The translations under genes and the position numbers were made by a program. A stretch of DNA of 64,000 nt from an uncultured SAR86 cluster bacterium (GTDB lineage: Bacteria > Pseudomonadota > Gammaproteobacteria > Magnimaribacterales > D2472): the NCBI GenBank assembly GCA_902612915.1, contig CACMFH010000003.1, forward strand, positions 204 through 64,203, given 5' to 3'. The notes beneath the pieces were generated by a model, which saw only the letters and a list, made by a program, of their open reading frames with translations, searched no databases and was not told the origin of the DNA. Shown here one piece after another: positions 21,684-33,229 of the stretch (the first letter of the stretch is position 1; the number at the start of each line of letters is the position of its first letter).

Positions 21684-22981
21684 GATATTTATTTTTATTA
21701 TCCCTAATATGCTCATTAAATGCCTTTGCAGATATAATTCTGTCTTCACCCAAGATAAAACTTAATGCTCAAAATCAAAGGGTAATAGAGTTTAGAATTG
21801 ACAATGAAAGCATTAATGATGGAGATGTCGTTTTAAATGAATATAAGACAAATAACAAGATAGATGAGTCATTCATTGCATATACTTTAATAAATAATTA
21901 TGGAAATTATCAAACATTTTCTATTATTTTAGATGATGAATATATAGAAGATTATTTTAGCTTCAAAATTCTCATCAAAGAAAATTTTGCAAAAGATATT
22001 TTTATATTCCTGCCTTCAAAAATTAGAAATACATTTAGTAATTCAAAACCATATAAATCTCAAAGAAATTTATCAGAAATTAAAAAAGAAAATGTAGCTC
22101 TAAATAAACCTGAACAAGTGGAGTCAGAAATTCAAAAAATAGATATTTTTAAAAGCTCTGATATTACAACAGTATGGAGCATGGCTGAAAAAATAAAGCG
22201 TGAATATAAAAATGTTTCGATTTATCAAATAATGTGGTCAATTTATCTTGGGAATAGGGAAGCTTTTATTGATGATAATATCAATCTCATTAGAAAGGAC
22301 ACTGATGTATTAATTCCTTCAATTGTTGAAATTGAAAATATTTCTTTTCAAATAGCCAAAGAATCAATTTTGGACATGAATAAATCATATGCTAGTAGCA
22401 TTCAATCTGCCTCGAAATCTCTTTTAGTTCTTACAGCACCAAAAGTAACAGAAGAAGTTAAGGATAAAAAAGAAACAGATATTAGGAGTGAAGATAAAAA
22501 TCAAATAGATTTTGATGACTTAGATCCTCAGACTCTTATTGAGCAGAACACAAAACAAATAAGATTAGATGTTGAAAATGAAATCCTTGATGAGCTTATA
22601 GAAGAGTCAAAGCAACCTATCACAGAAGTAGATAATAAATTTCAGACCTTTGATTTAATTTTTATATCTTTAATATCTCTAGCATCAGGTGTCCTACTTG
22701 CTTTAATTTTTATTCAAATAAAAAATATTAGATCTGCAAAAGAAATTCAATATGATTTTGAGGAAGCATCGGATGACAAATCAACTTTAACAACTTTGCC
22801 ATCCGATCTAAGCATTAAAAATGACATAGATCAGCAGCAGTTTGACTTAGCAGTAACATATTATGAAATGAGTGACAAAGAAAATGCAGAAGCACTTTTA
22901 AAAAATTTAATTCAAACATCCAAAAATAGTGAAATAAATAAGGCTTCTTTAGATCTTCTTGAAAAAGTGAAACAGCTGTGA
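21677..22981 (+). CDS. FimV-like LysM-domain membrane protein
   Basis: Signal peptide, a LysM-like segment (TTVWSMAEKIKREYKNVSIYQIMWSIYLGNREAF..LIRKDTDVLIPS), one TM helix (LIFISLISLASGVLLALIFI) and a C-terminal FimV-type TPR-like motif (FDLAVTYYEMSDKENAEALLKNLI). It sits in the asd-fimV-truA position known from Pseudomonas. Confidence 0.65.
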   Translation: MLRYLFLLSLICSLNAFADIILSSPKIKLNAQNQRVIEFRIDNESINDGDVVLNEYKTNNKIDESFIAYTLINNYGNYQTFSIILDDEYIEDYFSFKILIKENFAKDIFIFLPSKIRNTFSNSKPYKSQRNLSEIKKENVALNKPEQVESEIQKIDIFKSSDITTVWSMAEKIKREYKNVSIYQIMWSIYLGNREAFIDDNINLIRKDTDVLIPSIVEIENISFQIAKESILDMNKSYASSIQSASKSLLVLTAPKVTEEVKDKKETDIRSEDKNQIDFDDLDPQTLIEQNTKQIRLDVENEILDELIEESKQPITEVDNKFQTFDLIFISLISLASGVLLALIFIQIKNIRSAKEIQYDFEEASDDKSTLTTLPSDLSIKNDIDQQQFDLAVTYYEMSDKENAEALLKNLIQTSKNSEINKASLDLLEKVKQL

Positions 22982-23766
22982 GGTTAGCATTTATCTTAGA
23001 ATATGATGGAACTGATTTTTCAGGATTTCAAAGTCAAAAAGATGTTCCAACAATCCAAGATAGTGTTGAAGATGCTTTAAAAAAAATTACAAATAAAAAC
23101 ACTAGGATTAATTACTCGGGAAGAACTGATGCTGGAGTTCATGCCTTATCGCAAGTATGTGACTTTGAAACAAATATTAAAAGAAGTAATAAAGAATGGA
23201 TAAATGGTATTAATTCAAATCTTCCTTCAACAATTTCGGTAAAAGATATTTTTAAAGTTCCAAACACTTTTAATTCAAGATTCTCTGCAATTGAAAGAAA
23301 ATATTCATATGTTATTTACAACTCTAAAAATAAACCTTTATTTTTAGAGAGAAATACCTACTGGGTTAGAAATTCACTGGATATAGACTTAATGAAAAAA
23401 CAACTTCAGTCATTCAAGGGAGAGAAAGACTTTAGTTCATTTAGAAGTTCAAACTGTAACTCAAAAAATCCTATTAAAACTGTAAAGGATATTAATTTAA
23501 CAACATTTAATGAATTTATAATAATAACTATTATTGCAAATGCTTTTTTACAAAATATGGTAAGGATTATGGTTGGAACATTGATTGATATTGCAAAAAA
23601 TGAAAATAATATGAGTATTCAAGATATTTTAGATAAGAAAGATAGAAAAATTGCAGGTAAAACTGCACCTGCGTGTGGACTTTTTTTTCTTGGTCCAAAA
23701 TATCCAGATGAACTGCAACTATATACGTGTGAAGAAAATATCTTTAGTAGGTATAAAATCTTATGA
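22978..23766 (+). CDS. truA: tRNA pseudouridine(38-40) synthase
   Basis: Motifs LEYDGTDFSGFQSQ and SGRTDAGVHA (catalytic Asp). GTG start overlaps the upstream stop. Confidence 0.9.
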   Translation: MRLAFILEYDGTDFSGFQSQKDVPTIQDSVEDALKKITNKNTRINYSGRTDAGVHALSQVCDFETNIKRSNKEWINGINSNLPSTISVKDIFKVPNTFNSRFSAIERKYSYVIYNSKNKPLFLERNTYWVRNSLDIDLMKKQLQSFKGEKDFSSFRSSNCNSKNPIKTVKDINLTTFNEFIIITIIANAFLQNMVRIMVGTLIDIAKNENNMSIQDILDKKDRKIAGKTAPACGLFFLGPKYPDELQLYTCEENIFSRYKIL

Positions 23767-24380
23767 AGCCATTAATTAAGATCTGTGGAATAAATGACTT
23801 TAATATTCTTCAACAATTAGCTTCCATAGACAGTATTGATTATCTTGGATTTATTTTTTACGAAAAAAGTGTAAGAAATGTTTCTCCAGAATTTCTTGAA
23901 CAAATAAAAGAATTTGAATTTAAAGATAAGAGACCAGTTTGTGTGTATGTTAATTCTGATCAGGATTTCGTTAAAGAAACTTCTTCATATTTTAAAGATC
24001 CTATCCTTCAATTTCATGGAGATGAAACAAATGACTTCTGTGATTCTTTTGATAATGAATTTTGGAAAGTATTGAGAGTTAAGAATCAAATCAATGTAGA
24101 TGAGATTATTAAATATGGAAAGGCATCCGGAATTTTGTTTGAAAACTATAAGAAAGATCAACCAGGAGGTACTGGAGAATCTTTTGATTGGAGCTTAATA
24201 GATAGTGTAAAAGATTTAGATATGAAAATTATTCTTTCTGGTGGAATTAATTGTGAAAATGTTGATAATGCTATAGATATAAATCCATGGTGTCTTGATA
24301 TAAATTCAGGAGTTGAATCTTCACCTGGCGTTAAAAACATAAACTTAATTAAACAATTATTAGATAAAATTAACATATGA
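23763..24380 (+). CDS. trpF: Phosphoribosylanthranilate isomerase
   Basis: Motifs [13 protein letters not shown] and GGTGESFDW, with SGGI, in trpF-trpB-trpA context. Confidence 0.9.
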   Translation: MKPLIKICGINDFNILQQLASIDSIDYLGFIFYEKSVRNVSPEFLEQIKEFEFKDKRPVCVYVNSDQDFVKETSSYFKDPILQFHGDETNDFCDSFDNEFWKVLRVKNQINVDEIIKYGKASGILFENYKKDQPGGTGESFDWSLIDSVKDLDMKIILSGGINCENVDNAIDINPWCLDINSGVESSPGVKNINLIKQLLDKINI

Positions 24381-25582
24381 AATTAGACAAGAATAATTTA
24401 CCAGATAAAAATGGTTTTTTTGGCGAATATGGAGGTAAGTTTGTTCCAGAGACACTAATGTATGCTTTAGAAGAGCTTGAAACCACTTACGAAAAGTTAA
24501 AAAATAATAACGAATTCAAAGAGCAGTTTTATAAAGATCTTTCAGAATTTGTTGGACGACCTTCGCCGTTATATTTTGCTGAAAGATTAACAAAACATTA
24601 TGGCACAGGCTCAATATGGTTGAAGAGAGAAGATCTTAACCATACTGGTGCACACAAAATAAACAATACCATTGGCCAAATCTTGCTTGCAAAATATATG
24701 GGTAAGAAAAGAATTATTGCCGAAACAGGTGCAGGACAACATGGCGTTGCTACTGCAACTGTTGCTGCTAGGCTTGGTCTTGAATGTCATATTTATATGG
24801 GTTCAGAAGATGTTCAAAGACAATCATTAAATGTGTATAGAATTAAACTTCTTGGAGCACAAGTGCATTCTGTTGATTCTGGATCAGCTACATTAAAAGA
24901 TGCATTGAATGAAGCATTAAGGGATTGGGTAACAAATGTAGATGACACATACTATATTATTGGAAGTGTCACTGGGCCTCATCCTTATCCTATGATTGTT
25001 AGAGATTTTAATTCTGTTGTTGGTGAGGAATTGATTTCACAGTCAAAAGAGCTATTTAATTCGATGCCTGATGCAATTGTTGCATGTGTTGGTGGTGGAT
25101 CAAATGCGATGGGAGCTTTTTATCCTTTTATAAAATTTAATGAAACTAGACTTATAGGTGTTGAAGCTGGTGGAGAAGGCGTAGAAACAGGAGAACATGC
25201 AGCACCATTAAATGATGGTACTCCTGGGGTTCTCCATGGATCACTAAGTTACCTTATGCAAGATGACAGCGGCCAAGTAAAAGGTACAAAATCAGTTTCT
25301 GCTGGACTTGATTATCCTGGAGTTGGGCCTGAACATTCTTGGCTGAAAGATTCTGGAAGGGCTGAATATGTTGCTGTTAGTGACGATGCCGCACTAAAAG
25401 CATTTCATGAAGTTTCTGAGCTGGAGGGAATAATACCTGCGCTTGAAACAGCACATGCTTTTGCATATCTAGATACTTTAATGAAAGAGTTTGATAAGAA
25501 TTCCAATATCATTGTGAATGTATCGGGACGAGGTGATAAAGATATTAACACTGTTGCAAATATTGATGGAATAAAGATTTGA
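24377..25582 (+). CDS. trpB: Tryptophan synthase beta chain
   Basis: Motifs [22 protein letters not shown] (PLP Lys) and GGGSNAMG. Confidence 0.95.
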   Translation: MKLDKNNLPDKNGFFGEYGGKFVPETLMYALEELETTYEKLKNNNEFKEQFYKDLSEFVGRPSPLYFAERLTKHYGTGSIWLKREDLNHTGAHKINNTIGQILLAKYMGKKRIIAETGAGQHGVATATVAARLGLECHIYMGSEDVQRQSLNVYRIKLLGAQVHSVDSGSATLKDALNEALRDWVTNVDDTYYIIGSVTGPHPYPMIVRDFNSVVGEELISQSKELFNSMPDAIVACVGGGSNAMGAFYPFIKFNETRLIGVEAGGEGVETGEHAAPLNDGTPGVLHGSLSYLMQDDSGQVKGTKSVSAGLDYPGVGPEHSWLKDSGRAEYVAVSDDAALKAFHEVSELEGIIPALETAHAFAYLDTLMKEFDKNSNIIVNVSGRGDKDINTVANIDGIKI

Positions 25583-26364
25583 ACAGACTTACAAATACTT
25601 TAGAAGATTTAAAAAATAAAAGTAAAAAGGCTCTTGTTGCATATCTTGTCGCTGGTGATCCAGATATAGAGACAACTCTTGAATTAATGACAGTTCTTGT
25701 TGAATCTGGAGTGGACATAATTGAGATTGGAGTTCCTTTTACAGATCCAATTGCGGAAGGGCCAATAATACAAAAGGCCCACGACCGTGCTCTCAAAAAT
25801 AATGTTTCTTTAAAATCTATTTTTGAAATGGTTGATAAATTTAGAGAGAATGATGATGACACACCTCTTGTTCTTATGGGGTATCTCAATACATTTATTT
25901 TTAATAAGGCTTTAATTGAAGATAATAAAAATAACGTTATTGATTCAGTTTTAGTCGTTGATATACCGGGCGAACTAAAACTCAAAGATTATGGAGTCTA
26001 TAACCCTAATATAAATACTATTTCACTAATTTCTCCAACTACGAAAAAGGACAGAATTGAATCAATTGCAAAAAATAGTTCAGGATTCGTATATTATGTC
26101 ACCTTGAGAGGAGTCACTGGAGCTTCGAATTTAGACGTAAATGAAATTAGCAGCAACATTGAAGAAATAAAGAAACATGCTAGCGTTCCTACACTTGCCG
26201 GATTTGGAATCAAATCTGCTGAAGATGCACAACTTTTATCACAGTGTTCAGATGGAGTCATAATTGGTTCATCAATTGTTCAAATGATTGAAGAAAGCTC
26301 TCAATCAAAAGAATTTGATAGAATAAGAACATATATTACTGATATTAAGAACGCAATATCATGA
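25579..26364 (+). CDS. trpA: Tryptophan synthase alpha chain
   Basis: Motifs [28 protein letters not shown] and GFGI. TTG start overlaps the trpB stop. Confidence 0.9.
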   Translation: MNRLTNTLEDLKNKSKKALVAYLVAGDPDIETTLELMTVLVESGVDIIEIGVPFTDPIAEGPIIQKAHDRALKNNVSLKSIFEMVDKFRENDDDTPLVLMGYLNTFIFNKALIEDNKNNVIDSVLVVDIPGELKLKDYGVYNPNINTISLISPTTKKDRIESIAKNSSGFVYYVTLRGVTGASNLDVNEISSNIEEIKKHASVPTLAGFGIKSAEDAQLLSQCSDGVIIGSSIVQMIEESSQSKEFDRIRTYITDIKNAIS

Positions 26365-27623
26365 GTTTTTTTCAAAATATAATCACCTCCGTAATGAAGG
26401 GAACTCGTCGTTTAAACCGTTTTCGCTCAAAAGGCTTTGGAAAGCTTCATAATAATATTAATAAAGCTGTTGATTCAGTAATGTCTACTTCCGGTGAGGT
26501 ATCCTCATTAGTCTTCGCAGAACACCTTTTAAATCTCATAGAAGATCTAGATGACAATGGATTAAAGAAGTTTTTAAAGGATCTCCTAAAAAATTATGAT
26601 ATTGATACAAAGGTTCTCTTGAAGGATGTAAAAAACTATTCTTCAAATAAAAATACAGAAAATTTTGAAAAAATAAGGATCTCATCTGAACCAGGCTGGA
26701 TAGAACTATTTAGAAGATTGAACTCATCAACTAATGGAACATACAGATTAGTTAAACTAAGAGAAAGAATAAGATCTTTAAATGATGAGGATTTAAAGAC
26801 TTTTGATTTACGCCTATTGAAACTTTTTAAATATTGGTTCAATCCATCATTTTTAGTTCTAGAAAAAATTGATTGGGAAACGCCTGCGAATATTCTTGAA
26901 AAAATAATTGAGTATGAGGCTGTTCATGAGATTAACTCTTGGGATGATCTGAGAGCAAGACTAGCTCCTATTGACAGGCAATGCTTCGCTTTTTTTCATC
27001 CTCTGATTCCAAATGATCCATTGATTTTTGTAGAAGTTGCACTAACAACAGGCATTCCAAAGTCCATTCAAAAAATAATTAATCTTGATAGACAAGAAAT
27101 AGAAATTGAAGATGCTAATACAGCAATTTTCTACTCTATTTCAAATTGTCATAATGGCTTGCTGGGTATTTCATTTGGGAATTTCCTAATTAAACAAGTT
27201 GCAAGTAATCTTAAAAGAGAACTTCCAGATCTAAATCAATTTGTGACACTATCTCCTTTACCAGGATTTATGAAATGGATGGAAGAATATTCTCCTATAT
27301 CGTTTGAGCGATGCACTGATAAAAATTGCAGTGAAGATGAACTCACTAAAAATGCAATCAAGTATTTAACTCATTCTGAAAGAGATGATGGAATGCCAAA
27401 TGACCCAGTAAGTAGATTTCATATTGGAAATGGAGCAAGCCTAGAAAGAATTAATCTTAATGCAGATACTTCTGAAAAGGGGATGACACAGTCTTATGGA
27501 GTTATGGCTAATTATTTATATGATCTGGATGTGGTTGAAGAAAATCATGAAATATTTTTCAAAGATAAAGTTGTTCCAGTTTCAAGTGAAATCGAATCCT
27601 TAAAGAAAAAACATAAAGTTTAA
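26361..27623 (+). CDS. Malonyl-CoA decarboxylase
   Basis: 420-aa ORF containing FYSISNCHNGLLGISFGNFLIKQV and FVTLSPLPGF, which resemble the MCD catalytic-domain signatures as I recall them. Confidence 0.75.
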   Translation: MSFFQNIITSVMKGTRRLNRFRSKGFGKLHNNINKAVDSVMSTSGEVSSLVFAEHLLNLIEDLDDNGLKKFLKDLLKNYDIDTKVLLKDVKNYSSNKNTENFEKIRISSEPGWIELFRRLNSSTNGTYRLVKLRERIRSLNDEDLKTFDLRLLKLFKYWFNPSFLVLEKIDWETPANILEKIIEYEAVHEINSWDDLRARLAPIDRQCFAFFHPLIPNDPLIFVEVALTTGIPKSIQKIINLDRQEIEIEDANTAIFYSISNCHNGLLGISFGNFLIKQVASNLKRELPDLNQFVTLSPLPGFMKWMEEYSPISFERCTDKNCSEDELTKNAIKYLTHSERDDGMPNDPVSRFHIGNGASLERINLNADTSEKGMTQSYGVMANYLYDLDVVEENHEIFFKDKVVPVSSEIESLKKKHKV

Positions 27624-28033
27624 TGACTATTAAAAGAATTTTAGGGCTATTTTTTTTAATAGCGCTTATATCATTATTTGCAATTGTTTATTATCCAAAG
27701 ACCACTGAGATAACTTCTATTGACGTAAACAAAGACCCTATTTATTCAAATCAAAATAGGAATGGTGATTTTAAAGAATTCAATGAATCAGACTTTGATT
27801 TTTTTGTATATAGGGCACATGTTCTATCCTCAAAAGATAATGCAGAAAAATTAAAGGAGAAGATTGTTAATAATGGATTCCCTGCCTTTGTAGAATCTTT
27901 TGGTGATAAAGGAAACTTGCACGCAATATACGTTGGACCTTTTTTGTCAGAAAATGATATTGTTACCAATATGGATTTAATTAAATCAATATCTGAATCT
28001 AATAATGGAGAAGTCTCGAGATGGAAGCTTTAG
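27623..28033 (+). CDS. dedD: SPOR-domain membrane protein (DedD-like)
   Basis: N-terminal TM anchor plus a C-terminal SPOR-like domain (FFVYRAHVLSSKDNAEKLKEKIVNNGFPAFVE...IYVGPF). It occupies the position before cvpA-purF, as in E. coli dedD-cvpA-purF. Confidence 0.6.
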   Translation: MTIKRILGLFFLIALISLFAIVYYPKTTEITSIDVNKDPIYSNQNRNGDFKEFNESDFDFFVYRAHVLSSKDNAEKLKEKIVNNGFPAFVESFGDKGNLHAIYVGPFLSENDIVTNMDLIKSISESNNGEVSRWKL

Positions 28034-28605
28034 GACTAAACCTTGCAGATTGGTTTATTTTAATAGTTCTTATTGCCTCAGGAATTATTTCATTTGCTCG
28101 CGGATTTACAAAAGAATTTCTATCTTTATTTTTGTGGTTAGCGGCTTTTATAGCTGCAATAAGTTTGGAATATCTTGCAACACCTAAGATTAATGAATTT
28201 ATAGGTAACGAAGAAATATCAAAAATAATTTCTTATATTGTTGTATTTTTAATTTTTATATTTATAGGCGGAATGATAATTAAATTTATTAGTAAGTTAA
28301 TTAAATGGTCTGGGGCATCTGGGTTTGATAGATTTCTTGGTGTTGTGTTTGGTCTGATGAGAGGATCAATAGTTTTGTTTGTCATATTTTTATTACTTCC
28401 ATCTGGTATAAAAACAACTGACTTAATAAACAACTCTAAAATTACACCAATAATTCAAAAATATGCACCAGAAATAGAAGCATATTTTAGAGAATTGATA
28501 GATAATAGAAATGTTGTGGAGGAGGCTCTGGAAATTATCGAACCTTTAAAACAAGAGGTAGTTCCAGAACCAATTAGCGAAGACACTAAAGATGGGGACT
28601 CTTAA
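28021..28605 (+). CDS. cvpA: CvpA-family membrane protein
   Basis: Four TM helices with a typical CvpA N-terminus (NLADWFILIVLIASGIISFARGFTKE). Immediately precedes purF. Confidence 0.8.
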   Translation: MEALGLNLADWFILIVLIASGIISFARGFTKEFLSLFLWLAAFIAAISLEYLATPKINEFIGNEEISKIISYIVVFLIFIFIGGMIIKFISKLIKWSGASGFDRFLGVVFGLMRGSIVLFVIFLLLPSGIKTTDLINNSKITPIIQKYAPEIEAYFRELIDNRNVVEEALEIIEPLKQEVVPEPISEDTKDGDS

Positions 28606-30095
28606 TGTGTGGAATAGTTGGGATTTCGGCTGAAACAAACGTAGCTGCTGAAATCTATGATTCTCTTTTAATGCTTCAGCATAGAGGTCAAGATGCTGCA
28701 GGGATATCTGTTTGCAATAATGATGATCAATTAAACTCTAGAAAATCAATGGGATATGTTCGAGATGTTTTTCAACAAAGACATATGGATAAGCTTGTCG
28801 GAAATTATGGAATAGGGCACGTAAGATATCCAACGGCTGGTGGTGCTGGTAAAGAATTTGCTCAACCTATGTATGTCAATTCACCTTATGGCATAAGCCT
28901 TGCGCACAATGGGAATTTGACTAATTCAAAGCAGTTAGGAACACAATTATTTCATGCAGAAATGAGACATCTCAGAACGGATAGTGACTCAGAGGTTTTA
29001 TTAAATATATTTGCTCATGAACTTGGCAAGCAAAGAGAGATATATCCATCAGAAAAAAATATTTTTAAGGCAGTAAGTAAAACTCACATAAGGTGTGATG
29101 GAGCATATGCAGTTATTGCTCTTATAAATGGATATGGTTTGGTTGCTTTTCGAGACAATAACGGAATAAGACCTCTATCTATAGGAGTAAGAAAAGGAAA
29201 AGAAAGAGAGGAATACATTGTTTCTTCTGAAGATGCTCTTTTTACACCTCTTGGTTTTGAAAAGCTTAGAGATATAGATCCTGGTGAAGCAATATTTATT
29301 GATAAAAGTGGAAAATTATCTTCTCAACAATGTGCTGAAAATCCTCAGAAGCGACCATGTATATTTGAATATGTTTATTTTTCAAGACCAGATTCAAAGA
29401 TTGATGAAATTTCAGTATATAAAGCAAGAATGAGAATGGGAACAAAGCTCGCTGGGCAAATCAAGAAAACCAGACCCGAACACGATATCGATGTTGTGAT
29501 ACCAATTCCAGATAGCTCAGTAACTGCTGCACATCAATTAGCCGTTGACTTAAATGTGCCCTATAGAGAAGGCTTTGTAAAAAATAGATATATTGGAAGA
29601 ACTTTTATTATGCCTTATCAAGAAGAGAGGAAGAAATCGGTAAGAAGAAAGTTAAATATTCTTGATTTAGAATTTGAAGGAAAAAACGTTTTACTTGTTG
29701 ATGACTCAATTGTAAGAGGAACAACCAGCAAAAAAATTATAGAAATGGCTAGAGAAGCTGGAGCAAAAAAAGTTTATTTTGCATCAGCTGCTCCTGCTAT
29801 TAAGTATCAAAATTTATATGGAATTGATATGCCTGCAACAGCTGAGCTAATAGCATCAAATAAATCAAATGATGAAGTCGCCTCTGAAATTAATGCAGAT
29901 TGGTTAATATATCAAACACTTGAAGATTTAATAGATTCTGTAAGGGAGGGTAATCCAGAAATAAGTGAATTTGAAACTTCAATTTTTACCGGTGAGTACT
30001 TCACTCCTCTAGTTGAAAATTATCTTGAAGAATTAGAAATTTCTAGAAAAGACGAACTTAAAATGCAAAGGGAAAAATCTAAAGCTAAGAGCTAA
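28605..30095 (+). CDS. purF: Amidophosphoribosyltransferase
   Basis: MCGIVGI N-terminal nucleophile, [10 protein letters not shown] and PRPP loop [13 protein letters not shown]. Confidence 0.95.
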   Translation: MCGIVGISAETNVAAEIYDSLLMLQHRGQDAAGISVCNNDDQLNSRKSMGYVRDVFQQRHMDKLVGNYGIGHVRYPTAGGAGKEFAQPMYVNSPYGISLAHNGNLTNSKQLGTQLFHAEMRHLRTDSDSEVLLNIFAHELGKQREIYPSEKNIFKAVSKTHIRCDGAYAVIALINGYGLVAFRDNNGIRPLSIGVRKGKEREEYIVSSEDALFTPLGFEKLRDIDPGEAIFIDKSGKLSSQQCAENPQKRPCIFEYVYFSRPDSKIDEISVYKARMRMGTKLAGQIKKTRPEHDIDVVIPIPDSSVTAAHQLAVDLNVPYREGFVKNRYIGRTFIMPYQEERKKSVRRKLNILDLEFEGKNVLLVDDSIVRGTTSKKIIEMAREAGAKKVYFASAAPAIKYQNLYGIDMPATAELIASNKSNDEVASEINADWLIYQTLEDLIDSVREGNPEISEFETSIFTGEYFTPLVENYLEELEISRKDELKMQREKSKAKS

Positions 30096-32674
30096 CCAGG
30101 ATTTACTATATTAATTGCAGGTATCTCAGCATTGTTTGCACTTTCAACATAAGTATCAATTTCATTAAAGTTTAAATACCTATAAATTTGATCTGACAAT
30201 GGATTGATATCACTCATATACTGATGATACTGCTCAATAGTTGGAATTTTTCCAAGAACTGAACATATAGCAGATAGTTCCGCTGATGCTAAGAAAACAT
30301 TAGCTCCATCGCCAAGTCTGTTCGGAAAATTCCTTGTTGAGGTTGAAACAACAGTTGAGTTTGCTAAAACTCTTGCCTGATTCCCCATGCACAATGAACA
30401 TCCCGGTACCTCGGTCCTTGCACCAGATACTCCGAAGATATTGTATATACCTTCCTCGATAAGTTGTTTCTCGTCCATCTTTGTTGGTGGCACCACCCAC
30501 AGTCTTGCCTTAAGATTTTTATATTTCTCAAGAAGCGTACCAGCTGCTCTAAAATGACCAATATTTGTCATGCATGATCCAATAAAAACTTCTTGGATTT
30601 TTGTATTTGCAACATCTGATAGAGGTTTTATATCATCTGGATCATTAGGACATGCAAGGAGAGGTTCTTTGATTTCGTTTAGATCAATTTCAATTATCTC
30701 AGCATATTCAGCGTCTTTATCTGCTTCTAGTAGTTGTGGATTAAGAATCCACTCTTCCATTGATTGAGCTCTTCTTTCAAGCGTCTTTGCATCTCCGTAG
30801 CCACTTGCAATCATCCATCTCAACATAACAATGTTTGATTGAAGATATTCTATAATCGGTTCTTTATTAAGCTTAACTGTACAACCTGATGCTGATCTTT
30901 CAGCAGAAGCATCAGAAAGTTCAAAAGCTTGTTCAACCTTCATGTTAGGCAGGCCTTCAATTTCAAGACACCTGCCAGAAAAGACATTCTTTTTTCCATC
31001 CTTATCTATCGTTAGTAATCCTCTTTGAAGAGCTGCATAAGGAATAGCATTAACTAAATCTCTAAGAGTTATTCCTGGTTGCATATCTCCTTTAAATCTT
31101 ACCAACACTGACTCTGGCATATCTAACGGCATTACACCTAGCGTTGCAGCAAATGCAACTAAACCAGATCCTGCAGGAAAGCTTATCCCTATAGGAAATC
31201 TTGTATGACTATCACCACCAGTACCTACGGTATCTGGAAGAAGCATTCTGTTCATCCAAGAGTGAATGATTCCATCTCCAGGCCTTAGTGATACACCGCC
31301 ACGATTCATAATAAAGTCTGGTAAGCTGTGTTGAGTTTCAATATCGACTGGCTTTGGATATGCTGCAGTATGGCAAAATGATTGCATGACAAGGTCTGCT
31401 GAAAAACCAAGGCATGCCAATTCTTTAAGTTCATCTCTCGTCATAGGACCAGTTGTATCTTGTGATCCAACAGTTGTCATTCTAGGCTCACAGTATGTTC
31501 CTGGTCTTACTCCATCAACTCCACAAGCTTTTCCAACCATCTTTTGTGCAAGAGTAAAACCTGCTTTACTCTTATCTTTAGCATCTGGTCGTCTGAAGAC
31601 TGTTGATGTATCTAAACCTAAAGCTTCTCTACTTTTATCTGTAAGCTGTCTACCAATAATTAATGGAATTCTTCCATTCGCTCTGACCTCATCCAAAAGT
31701 ACATCAGTCTTAAGCTCAAATTCAGAAATTACTTCTTTGGTATTAGCATCTAAAACTCTTCCATTAAGTGGCTCTAAAATAATCTCCTGACCCATTAACA
31801 TTTTTGAAACATCCATCTCAATTGGAAATGCACCTGAATCTTCGAGAGTATTGAAAAATATTGGAGCAATTTTCCCACCAAAACAATAACCACCTTCTTT
31901 TTTATTGGGTATACAAGGTATTTCATCTCCCATATGCCATAAAACAGAATTTGTTGCAGATTTTCTAGAAGATCCTGTACCAACCACATCTCCAACAAAG
32001 ACTAAAGGATTCCCTTTCTCTTTCAATTTTTCAATTGTGCCAAGCGGATCATCAAGACCTGTTCTTGGCATTTTAAACATAGCCAATGCATGAAGAGGTA
32101 TGTCTGGTCTAGACCAAGCGTCTGGTGCAGGAGACAAATCATCAGTATTTATCTCTCCAGTAACTTTATAAACTGTAAGTTTTATTTGCTCTTCTATATC
32201 TGTTTTTTCAGTGAACCAAGTTGCATTGGCCCATTCTTCAACAACTTTCTTTGCATGTTCATTTGTTTTTGATAGTTCAAATATTTCATTAAATGCGTCA
32301 AAAATTAATAAAGTTCTGCTTAGAACATGTGCAGCTGCTTCAGCTAATTCATTATCTTTTAGACACTCAATAAGCGGTTGAATATTATATCCACCAAGCA
32401 TGGTTCCAAGAATTTTCACAGCATCTATTTTGGTAATATATGGGCTAGAAGCTTTGCCAGTAGTTATATCAGCTAAAAATGCAGCTTTAACATATGCAGC
32501 TTGATCAACACCAGCCGGAACTCTCTCTTTTAATAGGTCTAATAAGAAATCTGATTCTTGATGATCTTTTTTTAGTAATTCTATAAGCTCAGAGGTTTGA
32601 TCAGCATCAAGAGGTAAGGGCGGTATGTTTTGTTCTGCCCTCTCTGCAACGTGTTTTTTATAATTTTCTAACAT
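30092..32674 (-). CDS. acnB: Bifunctional aconitate hydratase 2 / 2-methylisocitrate dehydratase
   Basis: Colinear with E. coli AcnB from memory: [81 protein letters not shown]. The start ATG 32674 has a GGAG 8 nt upstream. The track start at 32695 adds 7 unmatched residues. Confidence 0.95.
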   Translation of the reverse strand: MLENYKKHVAERAEQNIPPLPLDADQTSELIELLKKDHQESDFLLDLLKERVPAGVDQAAYVKAAFLADITTGKASSPYITKIDAVKILGTMLGGYNIQPLIECLKDNELAEAAAHVLSRTLLIFDAFNEIFELSKTNEHAKKVVEEWANATWFTEKTDIEEQIKLTVYKVTGEINTDDLSPAPDAWSRPDIPLHALAMFKMPRTGLDDPLGTIEKLKEKGNPLVFVGDVVGTGSSRKSATNSVLWHMGDEIPCIPNKKEGGYCFGGKIAPIFFNTLEDSGAFPIEMDVSKMLMGQEIILEPLNGRVLDANTKEVISEFELKTDVLLDEVRANGRIPLIIGRQLTDKSREALGLDTSTVFRRPDAKDKSKAGFTLAQKMVGKACGVDGVRPGTYCEPRMTTVGSQDTTGPMTRDELKELACLGFSADLVMQSFCHTAAYPKPVDIETQHSLPDFIMNRGGVSLRPGDGIIHSWMNRMLLPDTVGTGGDSHTRFPIGISFPAGSGLVAFAATLGVMPLDMPESVLVRFKGDMQPGITLRDLVNAIPYAALQRGLLTIDKDGKKNVFSGRCLEIEGLPNMKVEQAFELSDASAERSASGCTVKLNKEPIIEYLQSNIVMLRWMIASGYGDAKTLERRAQSMEEWILNPQLLEADKDAEYAEIIEIDLNEIKEPLLACPNDPDDIKPLSDVANTKIQEVFIGSCMTNIGHFRAAGTLLEKYKNLKARLWVVPPTKMDEKQLIEEGIYNIFGVSGARTEVPGCSLCMGNQARVLANSTVVSTSTRNFPNRLGDGANVFLASAELSAICSVLGKIPTIEQYHQYMSDINPLSDQIYRYLNFNEIDTYVESANNAEIPAINIVNPG

Positions 32675-32779
32675 CGTCTGGTCTCCGATGGGCATATTTT
32701 ACTCTTATAGCTAAAGATAGCCACTAATTAGATGAAATATAAGGTAATTTTATTTAAAAATCGGTTATTATTTTGCAAT

Positions 32780-33229
32780 ATGCCAAAATTACATAAAAAA
32801 CGATCTTCAACACCTTGCTTAGGTATATGCTCTACAACTTTTGGCGACGAAGTTTGTAAAGGATGCAAGCGTTTTGCTCATGAGATTGTTAGTTGGACAA
32901 AATACTCAGAAGAAGAAAGAGAAATCGTAAACAATCGTTTAGAAGAATTTAAAATTAAAATTTTAAAACACAGATTTAAGATTACAGATAAAGAATTATT
33001 TTCAAATAATCTTGATCAGATGGGAATTAATTTTAATCATTCTTTAGATCCTTTGACCTGGATCTTTGATTTATTTCGCGCAACTGGATCGCAGGCAATT
33101 GAACTTGAAAGATTTGGGATAGAAAGTTTGGAATACTATGATCCAAAAACGATAAGAGATATTATTAACAAAGAACTTCTTGATTTATCAGAAGCACACC
33201 ACGAGAGATATTTTAAAAAAGCTAACTAA
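32780..33229 (+). CDS. DUF1289 (YdhL-like, predicted Cys4/Fe-S) protein with a long C-terminal extension
   Basis: Motif TPCLGICSTTFGDEVCKGCKRFAHEI is the DUF1289 CxxxC...CxxC pattern. Start set at ATG 32780. About 100 extra C-terminal residues have no motif I recognise. Confidence 0.6.
   Translation: MPKLHKKRSSTPCLGICSTTFGDEVCKGCKRFAHEIVSWTKYSEEEREIVNNRLEEFKIKILKHRFKITDKELFSNNLDQMGINFNHSLDPLTWIFDLFRATGSQAIELERFGIESLEYYDPKTIRDIINKELLDLSEAHHERYFKKAN

Noticed and set aside
25545-25985. 146-aa ORF antisense to the trpB/trpA junction
   Set aside because: It is completely covered by well-supported trpB and trpA. The sequence is Ser/Leu/Phe-rich with no motif, so it is a shadow ORF.
28005-28187. 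60-aa ORF overlapping the cvpA start
   Set aside because: It is out of frame with cvpA, which has the expected CvpA N-terminus and TM pattern. The alternative product has no features.
31386-31790. 134-aa ORF antisense to acnB (plus several 60-67-aa ORFs in 30300-32272)
   Set aside because: All lie inside acnB, whose translation is colinear with E. coli AcnB. The antisense products are Ser/Leu/Pro-rich with no motifs.
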